Notes: generated by a model from the letters alone, not told the origin. A stretch of DNA of 64,000 nucleotides from Eledone cirrhosa (GCA_964016885.1 OZ024744.1:95356001-95420000); one strand, 5' to 3'. Shown: positions 26,546-40,518, numbered from the stretch's first letter. Program-made: numbers and translations.

Positions 26546-27181
26546 TGATCTATTTTGTTTTGATTTAAGTAAAAAAAAAAAAAAAAAAAAAAAAAATCAA
26601 GGTTCTCGGTGAAGAATGGTTTGACAAAAAGAATTCTATCTTGCATTTCTCACATATTTTCTTTGCAAATGCTTCATACACAAAGAATATTGATGAGTGA
26701 GCAATGAAGACTTTTAAAACTTATACAATTTTTCATGATATTGCATATATTATTTTGGAGAAGAAAAAAAAAGTGCTTATTTGATTCTAGATCATTTTAT
26801 TTTAATTCAAATTATCAAAGATGTGATCTGGTTTCGATCTATAGAACATTATATTGAAAATCCTTTTTTTTTTATATATATAATTTTTATTTATTTATTT
26901 ATTTATTATTATTTTTAATTTTTATATGTAACATTCTCTGCAAACGTTGAGTTATTTTAAGAATAAGTTGGGTAACATAGAAAATGAGATTTAAAATTGT
27001 GAACAATGAGAATTATTATAATGAAAGGAGGCAAAGGTAGATGTAATTGGGGCGATGGGAGTGATTGGGGTGATGGGAGTGATTGGGGTGATATTCATTT
27101 TGTTAAAGCTCTTATTTTTAATTTTAATTTTAATTTTAATTTTAATTTTTTTGTTCGTGTTTACTAAGTAAAATTATTATA

Positions 27182-27700
27182 TTAACCCTTTTCTTAACAT
27201 ATTTCTAATGAAAGACACTGCTGCTTATAGTTTCCAAATAATCAAGAATTTGGATGGATTTAATAATATAATAAACTTTCTTGTTATTAATTTGGTATTT
27301 GGAACTTAACTTAACAAAGGTTTGTTTTTTTTACATAAAATTATGATGCAAGGTTTCTAGATAAATATAAACACTTTAAAATAAATAGTTTAGTACCATA
27401 GAACTAGGGGTGGTTTCTGGTGGTTTGGTACCAAAAGAGTTAAAACAAATAGTTTAGTATCATAGAACCAAGGCCAGTTTCTGGTGGTTTGGTACCAAAA
27501 TGGTTAAAATAGATAGTTTAGCACCATAGAACTAGGGGTGGTTTCTGATAGTTTGGTACCAAAAGGGTTCAAACAGATAGTTTAGTATCATAGAACTAGG
27601 GGTGGTTTCTGATAGTTTGGTACCAAAAGGGTTAAAACAGATAGTTTAGTATCATAGAACCAAGGCCAGTTTCTGGTGGTTTGTACCAAAAGGATTAAAA
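27182..27700 (+). mobile_element. piggyBac-type MITE family B with its right terminus tandemly amplified (~5 x 64 bp)
   Basis: Starts TTAACCCTTTT. The unit TAGTTTAGTACCATAGAACTAGGGGTGGTTTCTGGTGGTTTGGTACCAAAAGGGTTAAAAC repeats from 27386. Confidence 0.7.
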
Positions 27701-27889
27701 CTACAGCAATGCAACTCTTCCTTCAATTGTGATAACAACATTAATAATGATAATAACAGAAAATGACGGAAATGGTTCTATGATACTATCATCGTGATTC
27801 TAATCTTGATGGATCAGAATCATGAGGCAGTGATTATTTTGATGAGCAGTTGATCCCTACATGTGTATCCCCATATCAAAATTTTAGCA

Positions 27890-30390
27890 GTTCTAAACTA
27901 ATACTGTGTAGTTATAAATCTAATACTGTGTAGTTCTAAATCTATTACTGTGTAGTTCTAAATCTAATACTGTGTAGTTCTAAATCTAATATTGTGTAGT
28001 TCTAAATCTAATACTGTGTAGTTCTAAATCTAATACTGTGTAGTTCTAAATCTAATACTGTGTAGTTCTAAATCTAATATTGTGTAGTTCTATATCTAAT
28101 ATTGTGTGGTTCTAAATCTAATACTGTGTAGTTCTAAATCTAATATTGTGTGGTTCTAAATCTAATATTGTGTAGTTCTAAATCTAATATTGTGTAGTTC
28201 TATATCTAATATTGTGTGGTTCTAAATCTAATACTGTGTAGTTCTAAATCTAATATTGTGTGGTTCTAAATCTAATATTGTGTAGTGCTAAATCTAATAT
28301 TGTGTAGTTCTATATCTAATATTGTGTAGTTCTAAATCTAATATTGTGTAGTTCTATATCTAATATTGTGTGGTTCTAAATCTAATACTGTGTAGTTCTA
28401 AATCTAATATTGTGTGGTTCTAAATCTAATATTGTGTAGTTCTAAATCTAATATTGTGTAGTTCTATATCTAATATTGTGTGGTTCTAAATCTAATATTG
28501 TGTAGTTCTAAATCTATTACTGTGTAGTTCTAAATCTAATATTGTGTAGTTCTAAATCTATTACTGTGTAGTTCTAAATCTAATACTATGTAGTTCTAAA
28601 TCTAATACTGTGTAGTTCTAAATCTAATATTGTGTGGTTCTAAATCTAATATTGTGTGGTTCTAAATCTAATACTGTGTGGTTCTAAATCTATTACTGTG
28701 TAGTTCTAAATCTAATACTGTGTAGTTCTAAATCTAATACTGTGTAGTTCTTAACCTAATATTGTGTAGTTCTAAATTTAATATTGTGTAGTTCTAAATC
28801 TAATACTGTGTGGTTCTAAATCTATTACTGTGTAGTTCTAAATCTAATATTGTGTGGTTCTAAATCTAATATTGTGTAGTTCTAAATCTAATACTGTGTG
28901 GTTCTAAATCTATTACTGTGTAGTTCTAAATCTAATACTGTGTAGTTCTAAATCTAATACTGTGTAGTTCTAAATCTAATACTGTGTAGTTCTAAATCTA
29001 ATACTATGTAGTTCTAAATCTAATACTGTGTAGTTCTATATCTAATATTGTGTGGTTCTAAATCTAATAGTGTGGTTCTAAATCTAATACTGTGTAGTTC
29101 TAAATCTAATACTGTGTAATTCTAAATCTAATACTGTATAGTTCTAAATCTATTACTTTGTAGTTCTAAATCTAATACTGTGTAGTTCTATATCTAATAT
29201 TGTGTGGTTCTAAATCTAATAGTGTGGTTCTAAATCTAATACTGTGTAGTTCTAAATCTAATATTGTGTAGTTCTAAATCTAATACTGTGTAGTTCTAAA
29301 TCTAATATTGTGTAGTTCTAAATCTAATACTGTATAGTTCTAAATCTATTACTTTGTAGTTCTAAATCTAATACTGTGTAGTTCTATATCTAATATTGTG
29401 TGGTTCTAAATCTAATAGTGTGGTTCTAAATCTAATACTGTGTAGTTCTAAATCTAATACTGTGTAGTTCTAAATCTAATACTGTATAGTTCTAAATCTA
29501 TTACTTTGTAGTTCTAAATCTAATACTGTGTAGTTCTATATCTAATATTGTGTGGTTCTAAATCTAATAGTGTGGTTCTAAATCTAATACTGTGTAGTTC
29601 TAAATCTAATATTGTGTAGTTCTAAATCTAATACTGTATAGTTCTAAATCTATTACTTTGTAGTTCTAAATCTAATACTGTGTAGTTCTAAATCCAATAC
29701 TGTGTAGTTCTTAACCTAATATTGTGTAGTTCTAAATCTAATACTGTGTAGTGCTAAATCTAATACTGTGTAGTTCTAAATCTAATACTGTGTAGTTCTA
29801 AATCTAATACTGTGTATTTCTTAACCTAATATTGTGTAGTTCTAAATTTAATACTGAGTAGTTCTGAATCTATTACTGTGTAGTTATACATCTAATACTG
29901 TGTACTTCTAAATCTAATACTGTGTAGTTCTAAATCTAATATTGTGTAGTTCTAAATCTAATATTGTGTAGTTCTAAATCTAATAGTGTGTAGTTCTAAA
30001 TCTAATACTGTGTAGTTCTAAATCTAATACTGTGTAGTTCTAAATCTAATACTGTGTACTTCTAAATCTAATACTGTGTAGTTCTAAATCTAATACTGTG
30101 TAGTTCTAAATCTAATACTGTGTAGTTCTAAATCTAATATTGTGTAGTTATAAATCTAATATTGTGTAGTTCTAAATCTAATATTGTGTAGTTCTAAATC
30201 TAATATTGTGTAGTTCTAAATCTAATATTGTGTAGTTCTAAATCTAATAGTGTGTAGTTCTAAATCTAATACTGTGTAGTTCTAAATCTAATACTGTGTA
30301 GTTCTAAATCTAATATTGTGTAGTTATAAATCTAATATTGTGTAGTTATAAATCTAATATTGTGTAGTTCTAAATTTAATATTGCGTAGT
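27890..30390. repeat. 22-bp-unit minisatellite (~110 units)
   Basis: Unit GTTCTAAATCTAATACTGTGTA. Confidence 0.97.
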
Positions 30391-30916
30391 AAGTTTACAT
30401 TTTATATGGTAAATGATGGTTAAAAGACTTAAAATGTTTATAAAATGTTTAAAATAGCCATTGCATTACAAATGTTTCTCAGACTCAGAGAATATCCAAC
30501 CCTGGGTCATTACAACTGCCTCAAAGATATGTGCAGTTTTAAAATTTCCTTAAAATAACCACTGTTATGAGGATTATGAAAGGGAATGTTATGGTAGTGT
30601 TTATAGTGTTCTTAATATAGTGGAGTAGTGAAGAGTGAAGATGGAATAGGGTACCATAGTAAATGCATTCGTCCTTCTTTATGTGAATTTCAAATCCTAT
30701 TGTGAGAAAGGTGACCTTCACCTTTCATCTCCTCAAAGGTCAAGAAATTAACTAGTAGGTATGTAGTGCTGGTGAGGTGTTAAATCTACTATGCCATCTT
30801 ACATGCCAATATAAAGTTTCAGGTTTAGGGGATAGGATGTGGCAATTATAATAACTATGAAGTCAGTTTGTGATAGTTATGATTACCTTGAAGATGTTTA
30901 CTTGTATGCACAAACT

Positions 30917-31482
30917 TTAACCCTTTCATTATAATTTGTGCGTTTCAGATAATTTTGAAAATAAGGTTTATCAGAACACTTTCATTAGTATTTGAAACAT
31001 CATTTTACAAACGTACTTAGATAAAGTTATGATGCAAGAGTTTTAGATAAATATAAACACTTTAACCCTATTGTTACCATATTTCTAATGGATGATACTG
31101 TCAACGATTTTTTAATTATTTTGAAAATGATCAACAATTTGAAGGGACTTAGTAACATAACTAACTTCCTCATTATTAAGCTGATGTTTGGAACACCATT
31201 TTACAAACGTTCTTAGATATAATCATTATGCAAAGTTTTTAGATAAATATAAACACTTTAACGCTTCTGTTATCATATTTCTAATGAAAAACAGAGCCTA
31301 TGATTTTTTAAATAATTTTGAAAATAATCAAGAATTTGGAGAGGTTTAGTCACTAACTTTCTCATTATAAAGTTGGTATTTATGATGGAAGATTTTTAGA
31401 TAAATATAAATACTTGAAAGCAAACTAGTTTCTAATGTTGAACCACAGACAGTTTCAGACAGTTTGGTATGAAAGAGGTTAA
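30917..31482 (+). mobile_element. Tandem partial copies of MITE family B
   Basis: TTAACCCT/TTAACGCT starts at ~30917, 31062 and 31258. Shared ATTTCTAATG...TTAGATAAATATAAACACTTTAA blocks; ends AAAGAGGTTAA. Confidence 0.6.
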
Positions 31483-31659
31483 ATTCACTTCTCACCTGTC
31501 AAGTGATTAATTACTACATAATTACTCATGTCTACTATACATTTTTAATTACTACTATACTATATATATAGCTAGAGGTGACTGGTATATATTATATATT
31601 GACTAATGACTAGGCTAGGGTTATCCACTATAGGCTTCTATTGATAGTTCTAAAGTCTA

Positions 31660-32185
31660 AAGTCTTTTTCGAGTCCAGAGGCTCATCAGGCTAGTGTTTG
31701 TGAAGTGACTGAGAGTAAAAGACTCTCCTCCCCTGGACAGGACACCAGTCCAGCACAGAGTTAAACTCCCAGCTATTGCTGGTACTCACTTTCAGCTGAG
31801 TATACTGGAGCAACATGAAATGAAGTGTTTTGCTCAAGAACACAACACACAACCCAGCCCAGTAATCAAACCCACATTATGATCATAAGTCCAACACCCT
31901 TACCACTAGGCCACACACCTCCACTGAGTATACTGGAGCAACATTAAATGAAGTGTTTTGCTCAAGAACATAACACACAACTCAGTACAGGAATCGAACC
32001 CATGGCATTATAACCGTAAGTCCGACAACCTTACCACTAAGCCACACACCTCCACTAAGTATACTGGAGCAACATGTAATAAAGTGTTTTGCTCAAGAAC
32101 ACAACACACAACTTAGTCCAGGAATCGAACCCATGACATTATGATCGTCAGTCCAACACCCTTACCACTTAGCTACAAGCCTCCA
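31660..32185 (-). mobile_element. CORE-like tRNA SINE with three tandem head repeats
   Basis: The block ACTGGAGCAACATGAAATGAAGTGTTTTGCTCAAGAACAC...TTACCACTAGGCCACAC occurs three times. Confidence 0.75.
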
Positions 32186-32347
32186 TTACTGAAAGTTTCA
32201 AATGTCTAATATACATTTACTGAGGTCTACTATAAAGCTGCAAATAGCAAGTAATATATTTATTAATGGTTATGCTAGGATAGCGAAAGTGCATAGTAAT
32301 GGCGGTATATCAGTTCTATAAACTATAGTCAAAGATATGATTTAGTG

Positions 32348-32379
<32 letters not shown>

Positions 32380-32417
32380 TGTATGTATGTATGTATGTAT
32401 GTATGTATGTATGTATG

Positions 32418-33015
32418 TCAGGTCACCAGTTGGTGCTACTGGTAACATGTATCCCAGTACAAACTGTCTCATGGTCGGGTCATTGGCGACTAAACTGACA
32501 ACCCCACCAAGGTTTCTTGGTTAGGAGGGTGACTTTGGACATCCTGCAGGACTAAAAACAAAACCTGTCAAAGAGCAAAGGAGCTCTTAAGAGTCAATGG
32601 CCATCCAAAATCACCGGGAGAGATGACCCCTTAGCCTTTGTCAAGGCAGAATTCTAGGGGAAGGAAAACTCTCTGCAACCCTGATGGTATCCAATGATGT
32701 TGACTTGTTGTTCTTTTTGGTAAATATCATCTTGGTTAAGAGAGTGGGACTGGCTTTGTACAGTGCCTTTGCTCACTATAAAAGCTTCATGGCACAGGCA
32801 TTGCTTTATATCTGGAGATCTCTCTGCACTTGTCGTCACATGGTACCATGGGCCCAGCACTATGTGTCAATAATTGTCACAAGTGTAGTGTTTGTACCAG
32901 AGTTTTCAAGTCGCTGGCTGGACTAAGAAGTCACACTCGTTCAGCGCATCGGTAGGGGTTCTCCTACATGGATATAAAGTAGTGGCCGTACTCGAAAACG
33001 AGTTGGCAGCCACCA
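32418..33015. mobile_element. Unclassified ~600-bp interspersed element inserted in (TATG)n
   Basis: Higher-GC island bounded on both sides by (TATG)n; no credible ORF. Confidence 0.45.
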
Positions 33016-33971
33016 TGTATGTGTGTATGTATGTATGTGCATGTGTGTATGTATGTTTGTATGTGTGTGTATGTATGTATGTGTGTATGTATATATGATG
33101 TACAAGTATGTATGTGTGTGTATGTATGTGTGTATGTATCATGTATGTATGTGTGTTTATATGTATATATGTATGTATCTATGTATGTGTGTGTGTATGT
33201 ATGTATGTATCTATGTATGTATATATATGTATGTTTGTCTAACCCATGCTAGCATGGAAAGTGGAGATTTAACGATGATGATGATGTATGTATGAGTTAT
33301 GTATGTATGTATGATGTATGTATGTATATGTGTGTGCATGTGTGCATTTGAATATATGGAGAACAACTCTTGTTTTAACTCTATCATCACCATAGTTCTA
33401 AAGAAATACACTGCCTATGTATTTCAATTAATTTTGAAAAATACCAAACATTTTTGAGGAATTTAATCAAATAAGTAAGCTGATATTCAGAACATTACTT
33501 TAGAAAAATTTCTAAAATTAAATTATGATGGAAGGTTTTAATATAAAAAGAAAGAATCCATCGACTTTCATCAAATCAGTCCGAGAAAACAATGTTTCCG
33601 TTGGTCTTTCCAATTGCTAACACTATCTATCGGTTGTAACTCCAGCTAGAAGGAGCAATGTGAAATAAAGTGTCTTGCTCAAGGACATAAGGCATCTCCC
33701 AGTCTGGGAATCGAACTGACAACCCTACGATTGCGAATCCAGTTCTCTAACCAATCAGCCACACGCCTTCACTTATAAAGATAGCATAAAGATAAACATT
33801 TTAAAATGTATAGTTTTATATCATAAATCTAAAGCAGTTTCAGGAGGTTTGGTATCGAAAGGGTTAACTTATGTGATGTTAAAAATATAACTATAACAAT
33901 GTGTTCTTTTAATTTTATTTTCCGTTAAATTTGCTCCTTTTCCATTTGACTCTAACTTTAAACACTAAACC

Positions 33972-34199
33972 TTAACCCTTAGCATTTACATTACTCCATA
34001 TTTACTGTTGTATTTTTGTGGTAAAGACTTTATCTTATATAATTGTCTCATATAATATCTAATCTACAAGATTTTGATATTATTTATTTTGAGAACAATA
34101 CGTTAACATCAGCATGAGCAGCTGGTTATGGCCAGTTTGAACAGAAAGAGTTGAGAAAATTCTGGCCGGATATGGCCAGTCTAAATGCTAAAGGGTTAA
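33972..34199 (-). mobile_element. piggyBac-type MITE family A
   Basis: TTAA|CCCTTAGCATTTACATT...AAATGCTAAAGGG|TTAA; reverse complement of the 23625/24467 copies. Confidence 0.75.
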
Positions 34200-34641
34200 A
34201 CTGACTGTAAACCTAATTGTAAACTCTGAGGCCATAAAGCCCTAATTCTAATGCCAAATTACTTATCCTAAACCCAAACCCTGATGCCTATATGCTGCAG
34301 TAAAGCTGGGAGGAAGGTTTGAGAGGAGGACTGACTGCCTCTCTACCCAAACAGAACAGCAGTCATGGTTGTGTTGTTGAGAAGGGTAGTTTTTAGATTT
34401 GTTCTCATGTGTCTTCTACTGTATGTAGCCCAGGGTGGGGTGATTGACCGAAACTGATAACAGATCTGAATCACTTTTCACTGTTATGGTTCACCTTCTT
34501 ATAGAGAGATTTCAGAAAAATAGAATGAAATTTATATTGTTTAATGTGTCTGTGTGTGCATGTGCGCATGTGTGCATTCCTGCATGCATGCATGTGACTG
34601 AATAAGAATGTTACATATAATGTGTGTATATATGTTACATG

Positions 34642-34705
<64 letters not shown>

Positions 34706-35114
34706 AAATAAGGTAGTTTTCACTTTTTGTTGGTAAAAATTAAACTTGTGGAGTGATTAGGCAACTGTTAATGAAGAGGCAGCTTACCAGATATATCTCT
34801 CAACGTGTATAATTGAGTCCTGCAAGATAATATTCCAGGTGTTAATCCATTAATCCATGGGTATTTTTCAGGTTTCAAGGTTGGCTGACTGGAGAGACTG
34901 GAGAGATGGAGGGATTGGATGGATGGGTGGCTAGTTGTGGTTGGTTTAAAATTGTTGCAGAAAGAATGTTTGAGAGTTAGACTGTTGTGTTAGAAGCAAG
35001 CAAATTTTTTTGTCATCATCAGCACTATCATCATCATCGCCATCAGCATCATTGTCATCTAATATTAAGTTTCCATGCTAACAGAGGTTGGATGGGTCAT
35101 CACAAACTAATTCA

Positions 35115-38100
35115 TTGAGCTGAAGAGACAGTTGATGAATGTAAGTTGAGCTGAAGAGACAGTTGATGAATGTAAGTTGAGCTGAAGAGACAGTTGATGA
35201 ATGTAAGTTGAGCTGAAGAGACAGTTGATGAATGTAAGTTGAGCTGAAGAGACAGTAGATCAATGTAAGTTGAGCTGAAGAGAGTTGATGAATGTAAGTT
35301 GAGCTGAAGAGACAGTAGATCAATGTAAGTTGAGCTGAAGAGACAGTAGATCAATGTAAGTTGAGCTGAAGAGAGTTGATGAATGTAAGTTGAGCTGAAG
35401 AGACAGTAGATCAATGTAAGTTGAGCTAAAGAGACAGTAGATCAATGTAAGTTGAGCTGAAGAGACAGTTGATGAATGTAAGTTGAGCTGAAGAGACAGT
35501 AGATCAATGTAAGTTGAGCTGAAGAGACAGTAGATCAATGTAAGTTGAGCTGAAGAGAGTTGATGAATGTAAGTTGAGCTGAAGAGACAGTAGATCAATG
35601 TAAGTTGAGCTGAAGAGAGAGTTGATGAATGTAAGTTGAGCTGAAGAGACAGTAGATCAATGTAAGTTGAGCTGAAGAGACAGTAGATCAATGTAAGTTG
35701 AGCTGAAGAGAGTTGATGAATGTAAGTTGAGCTGAAGAGACAGTAGATCAATGTAAGTTGAGCTGAAGAGACAGTTGATGAATGTAAGTTGAGCTGAAGA
35801 GACAGTAGATCAATGTAAGTTGAGCTGAAGAGACAGTAGATCAATGTAAGTTGAGCTGAAGAGACAGTAGATCAATGTAAGTTGAGCTGAAGAGACAGTT
35901 GATGAATGTAAGTTGAGCTGAAGAGACAGTAGATCAATGTAAGTTGAGCTGAAGAGAGTTGATGAATGTAAGTTGAGCTGAAGAGACAGTAGATCAATGT
36001 AAGTTGAGCTGAAGAGACAGTAGATCAATGTAAGTTGAGCTGAAGAGACAGTAGATCAATGTAAGTTGAGCTGAAGAGACAGTTGGTGAATGTAAGTTGA
36101 GCTGAAGAGACAGCAGATCAATGTAAGTTGAGCTGAAGAGACAGTTGATGAATGTAAGTTGAGCTGAAGAGACAGTAGATCAATGTAAGTTGAGCTGAAG
36201 AGACAGTAGATCAATGTAAGTTGAGCTGAAGAGACAGTAGATCAATGTAAGTTGAGCTGAAGAGACAGTTGATGAATGTAAGTTGAGCTGAAGAGACAGT
36301 AGATCAATGTAAGTTGAGCTGAAGAGACAGTAGATCAATGTAAGTTGAGATGAAGAGACAGTAGATCAATGTAAGTTGAGCTGAAGAGACAGTTGGTGAA
36401 TGTAAGTTGAGCTGAAGAGACAGTTGGTGAATGTAAGTTGAGCTGAAGAGACAGTTGATGAATGTAAGTTGAGCTGAAGAGACAGTAGATCAATGTAAGT
36501 TGAGCTGAAGAGACAGCAGATCAATGTAAGTTGAGCTGAAGAGACAGTTGATGAATGTAAGTTGAGCTGAAGAGACAGTAGATCAATGTAAGTTGAGCTG
36601 AAGAGACAGTAGATCAATGTAAGTTGAGCTGAAGAGACAGTAGATCAATGTAAGTTGAGATGAAGAGACAGTAGATCAATGTAAGTTGAGCTGAAGAGAC
36701 AGTTGGTGAATGTAAGTTGAGCTGAAGAGACAGTAGATCAATGTAAGTTGAGCTGAAGAGACAGTTGGTGAATGTAAGTTGAGCTGAAGAGACAGTAGAT
36801 CAATGTAAGTTGAGCTGAAGAGGCAGTAGATCAATGTAAGTTGAGCTGAAGAGACAGTTGGTGAATGTAAGTTGAGCTGAAGAGACAGTTGATGAATGTA
36901 AGTTGAGCTGAAGAGACAGTAGATCAATGTAAGTTGAGCTGAAGAGACAGTAGATCAATGTAAGTTGAGCTGAAGAGACAGTTGGTGAATGTAAGTTGAG
37001 CTGAAGAAACAGTAGATCAATGTAAGTTGAGCTGAAGAGACAGTTGGTGAATGTAAGTTGAGCTGAAGAGACAGTTGATGAATGTAAGTTGAGCTGAAGA
37101 GACAGTAGATCAATGTAAGTTGAGCTGAAGAGAGTTTATGATTGTAAGTTGAGCTGAAGAGACAGTAGATCAATGTAAGTTGAGCTGAAGAGACAGTAGA
37201 TGAATGTAAGTTGAGCTAAAGAGACAGTTGGTGAATGTAAGTTGAGCTGAAGAGACAGTAGATCAATGTAAGTTGAGCTAAAGAGACAGTTGGTGAATGT
37301 AAGTTGAGCTAAAGAGACAGTTGGTGAATGTAAGTTGAGCTGAAGAGAGTTGATGAATATAAGTTGAGCTGAAGAGACAGTAGATCAATGTAAGTTGAGC
37401 TGAAGAGACAGTAGATGAATGTAAGTTGAGCTAAAGAGACAGTTGGTGAATGTAAGTTGAGCTGAAGAGACAGTTGATGAATGTAAGTTGAGCTAAAGAG
37501 ACAGTTGGTGAATGTAAGTTGAGCTGAAGAGACAGTTGATGAATGTAAGTTGAGCTGAAGAGACAGTGGATCAATGTAAGCTGAGCTGAAGAGACAGTTG
37601 GTGAATGTAAATTGAGCTGAAGAGATAGTTGATGAATGTAAGTTGAGCTAAAGAGACAGTTGGTGAATGTAAGTTGAGCTGAAGAGACAGTTGATGAATG
37701 TAAGTTGAGCTGAAGAGACAGTAGATCAATGTAAGTTGAGCTGAAGAGACAGTAGATGAATGTAAGTTGAGCTAAAGAGACAGTTGGTGAATGTAAGTTG
37801 AGCTGAAGAAACAGTTGATGAATGTAAGTTGAGCTAAAGAGACAGTTGGTAAATGTAAGTTGAGCTGAAGAGACAGTAGATCAATGTAAGTTTAGCTGAA
37901 GAGACAGTAGATCAATGTAAGTTGAGCTGAAGAGACAGTAGATCAATGTAAGTTGAGCTGAAGAGACAGTTGATGAATGTAAGTTGAGCTGAAGAGACAG
38001 TAGATCAATGTAAGTTTAGCTGAAGAGGCAGTAGATCAATGTAAGTTGAGCTGAAGAGAGTTGGTGAATGTAAGTTGAGCTGAAAAGACAGTTGGTGAAT

Positions 38101-38660
38101 GTACGTTGAGCTGAAGAGACAGTTGATGAATGTAAGTTGAGCTAAAGAGACAGTTGGTGAATGTAAGTTGAGCTGAAGAGACAGTTGATGAATGTAAGTT
38201 GAGCTGAAGAGACAGTAGATCAATGTAAGTTGAGCTGAAGAGACAGTTGATGAATGTAAGTTGAGCTGAAGAGACAGTAGATCAATGTAAGTTGAGCTGA
38301 AGAGGCAGTAGATCAATGTAAGTTGAGCTGAAGAGACAGTTGATGAATGTAAGTTGAGCTGAAGAGAAAGTTGATGAATGTAAGTTGAGCTGAAGAGACA
38401 GTTGATGAATGTAAGTTGAGCTGAAGAGACAGTTGATGAATGTAAGTTGAGCTGAAGAGACAGTAGATCGATGTAAGTTGAGCTGAAGAGACATTAGATC
38501 AATGTAAGTTGACCTGAAGAGACAGTTGGTGAATGTAAGTTGAGCTGAAGAGACAGTATATAAATGTAAGTTGAGCTGAAGAGACAGTTGGTGAATATAA
38601 GTTGAGCTGAAGAGACAGTTGGTGAATGTACATTAAATAGTTAAGCTGAAGAAACAGTAA
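35115..38660. repeat. 31-bp-unit minisatellite (~113 units) with two main variants
   Basis: GAGCTGAAGAGACAG[TTGATG|TAGATC]AATGTAAGTT. Confidence 0.97.
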
Positions 38661-39918
38661 CTATAACCTAGTTTCAATTCAATTGACTATAAAAAGTCAT
38701 GCATAAATAAAGTTATGCAGTAACTATAAAAAGTCTAAAATCTGTCTCGAGCCCAGAGGCTCAGCAGGCCGGTACTTATCTCAGTTTCTGTGGCATTAAG
38801 CAACTGAAAGTACAAGATTTCCCCTTAGATAGAACACCAGTCCATCACAGGGCTTAAAGCTCCAGTTATTACTGCTGGTTCTCATTTTCAGCTGAGTATA
38901 CTGGAGCAATGTGAAATGAAGTGTCTTGCTCAAGAACACAACATAAAACCTGGTCCAGGAATCGATAGTTTCAATTCAATTGACTTTACTACTTTCCAAC
39001 AGTGGTTGACTTCTTTGCCCCCATCCCTACTCCCACCCTGCCTCCTATTTTAAAAGAAATTATTAATATGAAATAACCAAATAGTACCCATTACCTTTCT
39101 GGGTTCTCCTACACTATGGAGGAATCAAGATGACTGAGTGTTTTTTATTTGCGTTGTCACAGATTGGTAGAAATATATGAGCAAGTGGGTTCCAATGAGA
39201 TAGATTTTTTGAAAGGAAAGACGAATCTTCTGCCAATCTTTCTTCTCCAGAAATCTCATCTATCTCTCTAGTTTATATAAAGAAAAGAAAAGAAAAAATA
39301 GCTAAAAAAAAGCTTGTAGTCAGTTTGGTTTAGGTTAGTGTTTTTGTAAGAGTTTATTAAAGCAGAAACTATTGTGATATTAGTAAAATAAACAGATAGT
39401 TGAAGAGTTCAACAAGGGGAATAATTGTTGGATGATGTTAATGAATCCATATATACCAGAAAATGTTTTTGTTTATTTGTTGTTGTTTAGTTGGGGGGTT
39501 GTTGTTTTGTTTTTTGTTTTTTTATTGTTTTGTTTTTTTGTCCTTTTTTGGGGGGTTCTTTCTTCAAAGTACTTTCAAGTGAATGGGTGTAGTAAGTAGT
39601 GGGTGCATTGCAACATTGAAGGGAATGTGTAAGTCTGTGTTGAGTATGTTACGTGCCTTAGAAAGGGATAAAAGATGGCCACAGCTTGAGCTGTTGATGT
39701 TACTCTTTATTTATTTATTTATTTATTTATTTATTATTTTGTTGTGTTTTCATTGGGGGAGAAGAGGTGTCTAATTTGGTGCATGGGGTTTCTGTTTATT
39801 GTTATTAAGAATAGCAGATGATACAGTGGATTGGCTGAGTTGCGAGTTCAAATCCCTCCCTGCCAAGGTTGACTCTGCCTTTCATCTTACCAAGATCGAT
39901 AAAATAACTTGTCTAATA

Positions 39919-40224
39919 CAATGGAACCTCGGTTCATGAACTTAATTCGTTCCTGAAAGCTGTTCGTCATCAGAAATGTTCGTAAACTGAAGCTATTTTT
40001 CATCAAAGGAAATGCTGAGAGACAGAGAGAGAGATTGTGTGTGAAAGACAGATAGATATCACCACAGTAAGTGATGCTTTCCCGCCGATACTCCAAGCTT
40101 GTCAGAAACATTGTTGCCGGCTTGCATGTACGTTACTCAAGACACCGTTCATGAACCGAGACATTTTCGTGAACCAATTTGTTCATAATGAGAGGCATTC
40201 GTGAACTGAACCGAGTTTTCACTG
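39919..40224. mobile_element. Tc1/mariner (pogo/Tigger-like) MITE nested in a SINE
   Basis: TA|CAATGGAACCTCGGTT...AACCGAGTTTTCACTG|TA with a TA target duplication. The SINE 5' part lies at ~39825-39916 and its 3' part at ~40227-40297. Confidence 0.8.
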
Positions 40225-40465
40225 TAAGGGGAAGAGATGATATAATCAACTTTTCCACACCCTTACAAATTGATAGCCTTGTGCCTAAATTAGAAATCTT
40301 TAATAATGATGGCAGAGAAAATGATTAGGATAATATTTTTATGTGTTTATAAAACAAAAGATTAATTACAGATTTCAGTTTGAAAGAAAAGGAAAATGAA
40401 TTATAAAAACTATCAAATTTTAAGCAGTTTCTGATTATTTCTTTACAATTGAACCTGTGTTGTAT

Positions 40466-40518
<53 letters not shown>

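Noticed and set aside
31660-31700. Minus-strand CTGATGAGCCTCTGGACTCGAAA as a hammerhead
   Set aside because: The stem overlaps the core. The homologous copy at ~38745 reads CTGCTGAGCCTCTGGGCTCGAGA, so it is better explained as a SINE 3' stem-loop.
35115-38660. CTGAAGAG in every 31-bp unit as tandem hammerhead cores
   Set aside because: There is no stem II or GAAA half in the unit.
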